Assembly (NCBI GenBank): GCA_964426355.1
Contig: CAYRRA010000001.1
Location: 1 to 60,616 of the forward strand
Origin: an uncultured Anaerolineaceae bacterium
Lineage (GTDB): Bacteria; Chloroflexota; Anaerolineae; Anaerolineales; Anaerolineaceae
Direction of reading: 5' to 3'
DNA: 60,616 nucleotides
The position numbers and the translations under genes were made by a program. Below the pieces are notes generated by a model, which saw only the letters and a program-made list of their open reading frames with translations, was not told the DNA's origin and ran no database searches. This document shows, piece by piece, positions 54,458 to 60,616 of this stretch. The first letter of the stretch is position 1. The number at the start of each line of letters is the position of its first letter.

Positions 54458-56289
54458 GAAAAGACCTCAATCGGCTGCCTTATCAACAGGTGGTGGTTCC
54501 CATTTTTCCAGAAGTAAATACGGAGGAATCCATTCGCTTTGCAGGGATGTTGAAGACAGAGGTTCATTTATTGGGCTTGCTGCCTGTCCCGGAAGAAGAA
54601 GCGCTTTCGATGGTTGTAGGAAAAGCCAGTGATTTCCGCACCCGGCTGCAAAACCTGTATTCCCATAGCGTGACGGATTTGCGTATTGTGGTGCGAGTTG
54701 GCGTGGATGTGCTCGATGATTTGTGTGCCTATACAGAAGAATTCCCGGACAGCCTGCTGGTGTTGGAGTATCCCGTGCACTTTGATTCTTTCAAGCGATT
54801 GCCTTTTGATCTTCTTGAGACCCTGTGCTGTGATGTGGTCATTGTTCGCGGACAGTGGAAGGAACCATTGGAGAAGATAACACTCCCTCTGCGGGGTGGT
54901 CGATATGCAGAAATGGCGCTTCGCCTTGCCAGGCAGATGCCTCATCGAAAGTTATCGGTGGTACATTTCATCTCTCCCATGTCCCAGGAGATGGATGAAG
55001 CGCCCTTTCGTGGCTTAATGCGTGTACTGCCCAACATGCCTGATGTATCGTACACCCAATCCATCTCGCTTGACCTGGGCGAAAGCATTCTCCAGGAATC
55101 CGGCAAAGCAGATGCGCTCATCATAGGGGCGACCATTCGTTCCCTTGAGCGGCAGGGCACCACTGAATCGGTTTTAGAGAAAGTATTGCAAAAATCTGTT
55201 TGTCCTGTAGCTGCTATAAAAATGGCTGAAAAACCCGCCAGGATGCCCGCTGCTTCGCCTGAACTGTGGACAGGGACTGATGGAGCCTTGCAAGGAGCTC
55301 ATGCGATTTCTTTGCTCGTTGACCGCTGGTTTGCTCAAAATACATACCATTCCCGGGAGTTTGATGACCTGGAAGGGTTGGTTAAACTGAAAGAAGACCA
55401 GGAAATAACCATTAGCCTGGTGTTGCCTGCTTTCAATGAAGAAGATACTGTCGGGAACGTAATTCGAACGGTGAAAACGGCATTGATGGATGATTTTCCA
55501 CTGCTTGATGAGATTGTATTGATGGATTCGATGTCCACCGACCGTACAAGAGAAATTGCGGCTGACCTGGGGATACCTGTTTTCATCCATCAGGAAGTGC
55601 TTCCGAAATATGGTTCACGCAAGGGTAAAGGCGAGGCATTGTGGAAAAGCCTGTTCGTTACCCAGGGAGATATTTTGGTTTGGTTGGATACCGACATTGT
55701 CAATGTCCATCCGCGTTTTGTTTATGGCATCCTCGGACCGCTGCTGGAAGACCGTTCTGTGCAGTATGTTAAGGGGTTTTACCGGCGTCCATTGCGCGTG
55801 GGCAATCAAATGCTGGCTGGTGGTGGTGGACGGGTGACTGAATTGACCGCGAGACCGTTGATTAACCTGTTTTACCCCGAATTATCCGGTGTGGTGCAGC
55901 CTCTCTCAGGTGAATACGGCGGCAGGCGCTCAGCGTTGGAGCAGTTGCATTTCTTTTCCGGTTATGGTGTGGAAATTGGCATGCTCATTGAGGTGTTCGA
56001 AAAATTTGGCATCTCCTCCATCGCCCAGGTGGATTTGCTCAAAAGGGTGCATCATAACCAGTCTCTTGAAGACTTGAGCAAAATGTCATTTGTCATTTTG
56101 CAGGCATTCATGCAAAGGTTGGAAAAACGTTCTCAAGTGAGTATCTTGGAAGATGTGAACCGCACGATGAAGCTGGTGCGTTATGACCGCAAAGGATATT
56201 ATCTGGGGGTCGAGGAGGTTCCGGAATATGAACGTCCGCCGATGATTCAAATTGCCGAGTATTGTGCTGTCCATGCAACAAAAAACTGA
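54454..56289 (+). CDS. gpgS: tandem USP-like domains fused to glucosyl-3-phosphoglycerate synthase (GT81)
   Basis: 611 aa. The region from about aa 318 to the end has GT81/GpgS-type blocks: LPAFNEEDTV, SRKGKGEALW, WLDTDIV (DxD), GGGRVTELTARPLINLFYPELSG, PLSGEYGG. Residues ~11-257 form two USP-like alpha/beta units; the second has IIGATIRS...ESVLEKVLQKSVCPVAAIK. Confidence 0.8.
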   Translation: MRKDLNRLPYQQVVVPIFPEVNTEESIRFAGMLKTEVHLLGLLPVPEEEALSMVVGKASDFRTRLQNLYSHSVTDLRIVVRVGVDVLDDLCAYTEEFPDSLLVLEYPVHFDSFKRLPFDLLETLCCDVVIVRGQWKEPLEKITLPLRGGRYAEMALRLARQMPHRKLSVVHFISPMSQEMDEAPFRGLMRVLPNMPDVSYTQSISLDLGESILQESGKADALIIGATIRSLERQGTTESVLEKVLQKSVCPVAAIKMAEKPARMPAASPELWTGTDGALQGAHAISLLVDRWFAQNTYHSREFDDLEGLVKLKEDQEITISLVLPAFNEEDTVGNVIRTVKTALMDDFPLLDEIVLMDSMSTDRTREIAADLGIPVFIHQEVLPKYGSRKGKGEALWKSLFVTQGDILVWLDTDIVNVHPRFVYGILGPLLEDRSVQYVKGFYRRPLRVGNQMLAGGGGRVTELTARPLINLFYPELSGVVQPLSGEYGGRRSALEQLHFFSGYGVEIGMLIEVFEKFGISSIAQVDLLKRVHHNQSLEDLSKMSFVILQAFMQRLEKRSQVSILEDVNRTMKLVRYDRKGYYLGVEEVPEYERPPMIQIAEYCAVHATKN

Positions 56290-56333
56290 ACGCTTTAAGG
56301 TAGAATCTACCAAAATAGCCGGAGGGAAAATTT

Positions 56334-56915
56334 GTGACAGAGTTATGGTTGGTAAGGCATGGGCAGACTGATTGGAACCGGGAGGGACGTTTTCAGGGCA
56401 GCGTAGACATTGCCTTGAATGAAAATGGGTTGGGACAAGCCAGAGAAATTGCAGAGCGTTTGAAAGAGGTTAAATTTCAGGCTATTTATAGCAGCCCGCT
56501 CCAGCGTGCCCGGCAAACAGCACAAATGATCGCTGAAAAAAACGGAAAGAAAGTCCATTTTGACAGCCGTCTGTCTGAGATTTCTATGGGTGAATGGGAA
56601 GGAATGCTCTACCAGGATATCTGTCGGGAATACCCTGAAGAAATCAATGAGCGCCGCGTCAATCCGTTATATGCGCGCGCTCCTGGCGGTGAAACCGCCG
56701 TGCAGGTTGCTGAACGGATGAAACAAGCTGTCGATGAAATTGTGTTGAAGCATCCTCACGGTCCGGTGCTGATTGTTTCGCATGGGTTGGCGTTGTCTGC
56801 CCTGGTCTGTCTGGTGCGTGGCGGTTCGCTGGAAAATGTGTATAACGCAGTTTTAGAAAATGCTGCGCCAGTCGTTGTACAATGGAAGTATGACGGTGAA
56901 GGCAAAGATGACTGA
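56334..56915 (+). CDS. histidine phosphatase family protein (candidate glucosyl-3-phosphoglycerate phosphatase)
   Basis: 193 aa with a GTG start after GGAGGG. It has the RHG motif LVRHGQTDWN and a second His context (VSHGLAL). Confidence 0.8.
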   Translation: MTELWLVRHGQTDWNREGRFQGSVDIALNENGLGQAREIAERLKEVKFQAIYSSPLQRARQTAQMIAEKNGKKVHFDSRLSEISMGEWEGMLYQDICREYPEEINERRVNPLYARAPGGETAVQVAERMKQAVDEIVLKHPHGPVLIVSHGLALSALVCLVRGGSLENVYNAVLENAAPVVVQWKYDGEGKDD

Positions 56916-58635
56916 ATGCCACTGTTCGGACCCACGATTTATATTGGAATTGCTTTACGGCGAACAAATCGGAAGGCAAACAGCTTCGCTGCTTGAAGAA
57001 CGGATAAATCGTTTTACCCCGCTTGCTGCCCCTCCTCCACTGGATCAAGGAGATGCGATTCTCATTGCCTATGCCGACCAGTTTCAACGGCAGGGTGAGC
57101 TTCCGTTGCGTACGTTCTATCATTTTGCCCAAAAGCATCTCAAAGGTGTTTTGTCTGGGTTGCACCTGCTCCCTTTCTTTCCTTATTCTTCAGATGACGG
57201 CTTTTCTGTGATCGATTATCGCAAAGTGAAACCGGAATGGGGCAATTGGGAGGATATCAAGCGTTTAGGCGCTGATTTCCGGCTGATGTTCGATCTCGTT
57301 CTTAACCACGTTTCCTCCCAAAGCGATTGGTTCCAGTCTTTTCTCAAAGGAGACGAGCAGTATCAGGATTATTTCATCAGCCTGCCCCCGGATGCAGACC
57401 TGTCAGCGGTTATGCGCCCGCGCACATCTCCTTTGATGCATCGGTTTGACACGGCTGCCGGACCTCGCTGGGTGTGGACAACTTTCAGTGCGGATCAGGT
57501 GGACCTCAACTATCAAAATCCACAGGTTTTGCTGGAAACTGTGGATAACGTGTTATTTTATGTGGAAAACTGTGCAAAACTAATCCGTTTGGATGCCGTT
57601 GCATACCTGTGGAAAGAGGTTGGAACTGCCTGTATTCACCATCCCAAAACGTATCTTTTAGTTAATCTCCTTAATGCGATACTCAAGAAAACCGCTCCGT
57701 ATGTACAACTGGTCACGGAGACCAATGTGCCTCATTCCGAAAATGTTTCATACTTTGGCAATGGTTTCAATGCTGCCCATCTGGTGAATAACTTTGCCCT
57801 GCCTCCGCTTGTGTTGCACGCGATTCAGACTGGCAATACCAGTGTGTTAAACCAATGGGCATCCGAACTGACCTTGCCATCCACCCAGGTCAGTTATTTC
57901 AATTTCCTGGATTCGCATGATGGAATCGGTCTGCGTCCGCTGCAGGGAATTCTGAGCGATCGAGAGATCAATGAGATGGTGGAACAGGGGATAAAACACG
58001 GCGGGTTGGTTTCAAGCAGAAGCAGCCAGGACGGCAGCCAGAGCCTATACGAGTTGAATATTTCATTTTTTGATGCGTTGACCGACCCGGCATCTCACGA
58101 ACCGTTTGACCTGTCCGTCAGGCGTTTCCTTGCAGCTCAGGCAGTGATGCTTTCATTGGTTGGCTTGCCTGGGGTTTATGTACACAGCCTTTTTGGCACA
58201 TCCAACTGGCAGGACGGCGTGAAGCAGACCGGGCAGAATCGCAGTATCAACCGGCGGAAATTTGCTGCTGACGAACTGATGATAACTTTGTCCGACCCAG
58301 GCAGCCGCCAGAGCCGGGTCTTTGCGGGCTGCCGCCAGCTTTTGTTAGCCCGAAAGAAGTCTCCTGCTTTTCACCCACATGGTGCGCAGCTCGTTATGGA
58401 ACTGAACAGGCAAGTCTTTTCTATCCTGCGCATTTCGCCCGATGGGTTGCAAGTTGTACTTTGTTTGCATAATTTATCTGCGCAAAGACAGGAAGTTGAC
58501 TTCAAAAAATCGCACGGTTTGAACAGCGGAACCTGGCGTGATCTATTTTCAAATGCCTGCGTGGACCTTTCTGTGGATCAAATCGTTTTGGATGGATATC
58601 AGGTGTTATGGTTGGCTCCAGAAAATGGATTCTAA
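56908..58635 (+). CDS. GH13 subfamily 18 sucrose-phosphorylase-like enzyme (candidate glucosylglycerate phosphorylase)
   Basis: The ATG at 56908 overlaps the upstream stop by 8 nt; the track starts at 56860. GH13 catalytic regions are present: LVLNHVS, RLDAVAYLWK (nucleophile Asp), TETNVPH (acid/base Glu), FLDSHDGIGL. Confidence 0.8.
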   Translation: MTECHCSDPRFILELLYGEQIGRQTASLLEERINRFTPLAAPPPLDQGDAILIAYADQFQRQGELPLRTFYHFAQKHLKGVLSGLHLLPFFPYSSDDGFSVIDYRKVKPEWGNWEDIKRLGADFRLMFDLVLNHVSSQSDWFQSFLKGDEQYQDYFISLPPDADLSAVMRPRTSPLMHRFDTAAGPRWVWTTFSADQVDLNYQNPQVLLETVDNVLFYVENCAKLIRLDAVAYLWKEVGTACIHHPKTYLLVNLLNAILKKTAPYVQLVTETNVPHSENVSYFGNGFNAAHLVNNFALPPLVLHAIQTGNTSVLNQWASELTLPSTQVSYFNFLDSHDGIGLRPLQGILSDREINEMVEQGIKHGGLVSSRSSQDGSQSLYELNISFFDALTDPASHEPFDLSVRRFLAAQAVMLSLVGLPGVYVHSLFGTSNWQDGVKQTGQNRSINRRKFAADELMITLSDPGSRQSRVFAGCRQLLLARKKSPAFHPHGAQLVMELNRQVFSILRISPDGLQVVLCLHNLSAQRQEVDFKKSHGLNSGTWRDLFSNACVDLSVDQIVLDGYQVLWLAPENGF

Positions 58636-58644
58636 TGCGTTTTT

Positions 58645-58672
58645 TGTAACGCGAGAGGATGTTTTTCGTCTT
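58645..58672 (+). promoter_or_regulatory. ECF-type promoter upstream of the sigma factor gene
   Basis: TGTAAC (58645-58650), a 16-nt spacer, then CGTCTT (58667-58672). This fits the common ECF AAC-N16/17-CGT pattern and suggests autoregulation. Confidence 0.45.
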
Positions 58673-58690
58673 GAGTAGAAAAGATATTGG

Positions 58691-59266
58691 ATGGACAGCT
58701 CTGAACGCGAGTTGATCCTGCGGTCTGCGCGGGGAGATAAGCGTGCCTTTGGGGACCTATATGAAATTTACATGGACCCCATTTATCGCTTTATCTATTT
58801 CCGGGTAACCCATGAATTGGAAGCTGAAGATCTGACCGAAGAAGTCTTCTTGCGCGTCTGGCAGGCACTTCCTCGAATGGTAAAGGACAAAGAAATCCAT
58901 AATTTTCGAGCCTGGCTCTATCGCATTGCTCGAAACCTGGTTGTGGATCATTACCGTAAGAAACGATTGGAAACGGATATCAGCGAAGCGGATTTCATGA
59001 TTGATCCGGAGATACAACCGGACATCAGTGTCCAGAGAGATGAAGAAAGCAACAAGCTGATTTCTGCAATCCTAAAACTGGAAGAACCGTTGCGAGAGGT
59101 GATGGTACATCGATTTGTCAGCGGCTTCAGTCACGCAGAAACGGCTGGGTTGATGGGTTTGAACGAGAATCATATTCGGGTACTGCAATACCGGGCGTTG
59201 AAGAAACTACGTGACTGGATGTACCCAGACGATGCAGGTGAAAGCGATCAAGAGTTTGAAATATGA
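58691..59266 (+). CDS. RNA polymerase sigma factor, ECF subfamily
   Basis: 191 aa with region 2 (FRAWLYRIARNLVVDHYRK) and a region 4 HTH (HAETAGLMGLNENHIRVLQYRALKKL). Confidence 0.9.
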   Translation: MDSSERELILRSARGDKRAFGDLYEIYMDPIYRFIYFRVTHELEAEDLTEEVFLRVWQALPRMVKDKEIHNFRAWLYRIARNLVVDHYRKKRLETDISEADFMIDPEIQPDISVQRDEESNKLISAILKLEEPLREVMVHRFVSGFSHAETAGLMGLNENHIRVLQYRALKKLRDWMYPDDAGESDQEFEI

Positions 59267-59306
59267 AAAGACTCTTGTTGAAAGTTTGTTCGGCAGGTGA
59301 ATAATT

Positions 59307-60317
59307 ATGAGCGGTAAAGTTGGAAAAATCTTAGCTCGAAGCCTTGATGGGATGGAAAATGGGATGCCATTAGAGGAATGTCTTGAGAAATATCCTGATT
59401 ATCGTGAAGAAATTTTTGATTTAGTGGATTTGGCAGGACAGATAAGGTCGGAATCACTGCGGGTCACGCCGCGCGAACAGTTCCACCAGGAATCCCGCCG
59501 GCGATTAATGGCACGACTTTCCGATCAACCTGTAACGTTTAACCCGGTTTCTCGTCATATAGGACAGGTACGTTCCCAACAGCGAATAAGGAAATTTGCG
59601 ATGTCCTGGGTTGTGATTATTGCTTTACTGGTAACTGTATTTGGTGGAGGAGGTGTCGTTTATGCATCTGCTGATGCATTACCTGGGGATACACTGTATG
59701 GTGTAAAGGGTCTGGTAGAGGATATTCGCCTTACGCTGGCTGATGATGAAGGTGACCTGGAACTGCATTACCAGTTTGCCGAACGGCGGCTAAATGAGAT
59801 GGATGCTCTGCTTGCGCAAAACCGGTTAGAAAATATGCAGGAAGCCCTGGATGGATACATGCGCGCAATCCAATCGATGGAACAGATCATGGCGCAAGGA
59901 AACCTGAGTGAACCTGCGCGCGTGCAGACAGAAACTGGTTACATGAACGGTATCCAGGAAAGGCAAAGGGAACACCTGGAGGCAATACTGGAAAAAGTAC
60001 CAGAGCAGGCTAAATATGGTATCCAGAATGCCATACAGGCGATAGAGAAGATCCATCCGAATCAACCAGAGGACACCGGTAAACCAGAGGACACCGGCAA
60101 ACCGGAGGATACGGGCAAACCGGAGGATACTGGAAAGCCAGAGGATACGGGCAAACCGGAAGACACCGGCAAACCGGATAATACAGGCAAACCAGAGGAT
60201 ACTGGCAAACCGGATAATACAGGCAAACCAGAGGATACTGGCAAACCAGAGAACACCGGCAAGCCGGATAATACGGGTAAACCAGACAACACCGGTAAAC
60301 CGGAAAAAGATGATTGA
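59307..60317 (+). CDS. putative anti-sigma factor, single-pass membrane protein (DUF5667-like) with repeat tail
   Basis: Located directly after the ECF sigma gene. It has a cytoplasmic N-terminal helix region, a TM segment WVVIIALLVTVFGGGGVVYA, an external helical domain, then 13 hexapeptide repeats. Confidence 0.7.
   Translation: MSGKVGKILARSLDGMENGMPLEECLEKYPDYREEIFDLVDLAGQIRSESLRVTPREQFHQESRRRLMARLSDQPVTFNPVSRHIGQVRSQQRIRKFAMSWVVIIALLVTVFGGGGVVYASADALPGDTLYGVKGLVEDIRLTLADDEGDLELHYQFAERRLNEMDALLAQNRLENMQEALDGYMRAIQSMEQIMAQGNLSEPARVQTETGYMNGIQERQREHLEAILEKVPEQAKYGIQNAIQAIEKIHPNQPEDTGKPEDTGKPEDTGKPEDTGKPEDTGKPEDTGKPDNTGKPEDTGKPDNTGKPEDTGKPENTGKPDNTGKPDNTGKPEKDD
60066..60299 (+). repeat. 13 tandem 18-bp coding repeats (P-[ED]-[DN]-T-G-K)
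   Basis: PEDTGK x6, then PDNTGK, PEDTGK, PDNTGK, PEDTGK, PENTGK, PDNTGK, PDNTGK. The units differ at many synonymous positions. Confidence 0.9.
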
Positions 60318-60392
60318 ATAAAAAAGGTGAGAAAAGAAGCAGTGCAAATTATTGTTTAAATTTCTATTATCTCAATACTCCCTATCTTTAAG

Positions 60393-60431
60393 CACCAGGG
60401 ATCACTTTTATTCGATCCCTGGTGCGGTTTT
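60393..60431 (+). terminator. putative intrinsic terminator after the anti-sigma gene
   Basis: An 11-bp stem CACCAGGGATC / GATCCCTGGTG (60393-60403 / 60414-60424) with a 10-nt loop, followed by CGGTTTT. Confidence 0.55.
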
Positions 60432-60503
60432 AACCATCTCGTTCAGGTTTTGGCAATTTGATTTGGGAAGAGTGTAATTGTGTTTGAGGATGGATACAAC
60501 TGT

Positions 60504-60616
60504 TTACTGAGTCGGTATAGGATCATTCAGATCATAGATGATATAGTCGTCGGTTTGCTCCAGTATGGTGTAAGGAGTGAGCAGATTCACCAACTCGGGT
60601 TGGCGGTTCAGCTCTT
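60504..60616 (-). CDS. C-terminal end of an unidentified CDS entering from the right edge
   Basis: The reverse strand is open from the window edge to TAA at 60506-60504 (..ELNRQPELVNLLTPYTILEQTDDYIIYDLNDPIPTQ*). Only 37 codons are visible, so this is weak. Confidence 0.3.
   Translation of the reverse strand, partial: ELNRQPELVNLLTPYTILEQTDDYIIYDLNDPIPTQ

Noticed and set aside
60066-60299. Regular 18-bp repeats (also 43945..43998) considered as a possible CRISPR or mini-satellite array.
   Set aside because: The units are contiguous with no spacers, are in frame, and lie inside clear coding regions. No cas genes are present, so this is not CRISPR.

Overview
Dense, mostly housekeeping chromosomal window: about 57 protein genes and one recognisable RNA gene. 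I saw no tRNA, rRNA, transposase, integrase, prophage or CRISPR. The gene content suggests a Chloroflexota/Anaerolineae-like or related genome; this is inference only. The supporting genes are hrcA-grpE-dnaK-dnaJ-prmA behind a perfect CIRCE operator, SpoVS, RNase J, NarL-type two-component parts and GT81 glucosylglycerate genes.

Left to right:
- partial PAS sensor, SbcD-like phosphoesterase, GPH symporter and GNAT-like gene
- SDR, serine hydrolase, an orphan peptide-type binding protein with a NarL/HK pair
- hydrolase and lipoprotein, then the heat-shock operon
- a 519-bp spacer holding the hrcA promoter and CIRCE, a DnaA-box array, and a promoter-to-terminator bounded leader
- RNase J, PlsC and lipid kinase, small regulators, an FGE-like protein
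- an operon of a coiled-coil/beta-repeat protein, a truncated Hsp70-fold ATPase, an extended SDR and a membrane protein
- split NAD synthetase and lgt, a GntR-controlled ABC-2 exporter, a Moco oxidoreductase and a second ABC-2 exporter
- a double-GAF kinase, two methyltransferases flanking the SRP RNA gene, DUF4037, SDR, a flippase
- PcrA/UvrD, two deoxynucleoside kinases around an NTase-like gene, a second DnaA-box array and spoVS
- a ferredoxin, a five-gene glucosylglycerate-type compatible-solute operon, and an ECF sigma/anti-sigma pair

What the ORF track misses or distorts:
- the edge-truncated PAS gene (1..723, minus)
- a 58-aa ferredoxin (52837..53013, minus)
- the SRP RNA, hidden inside a false 5' extension of ORF 42424..43527
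- several over-long starts: prmA, nadE, pcrA, both ABC-2 loci, and others

Most interesting observations:
- two tight, helically phased DnaA-box arrays 31 kb apart with no dnaA or dnaN in view (candidate oriC or DnaA-titration/regulatory sites)
- a leaderless 30-codon ORF whose stop codon sits in the loop of an intrinsic terminator just upstream of rnj
- the GyrA-CTD-like plus Hsp70-fold gene pair
- a tandem-USP::GpgS fusion in an operon that also encodes a GH13_18 phosphorylase

All coordinates of non-coding elements were counted by hand from ORF-track anchors and may be off by 1-2 nt.
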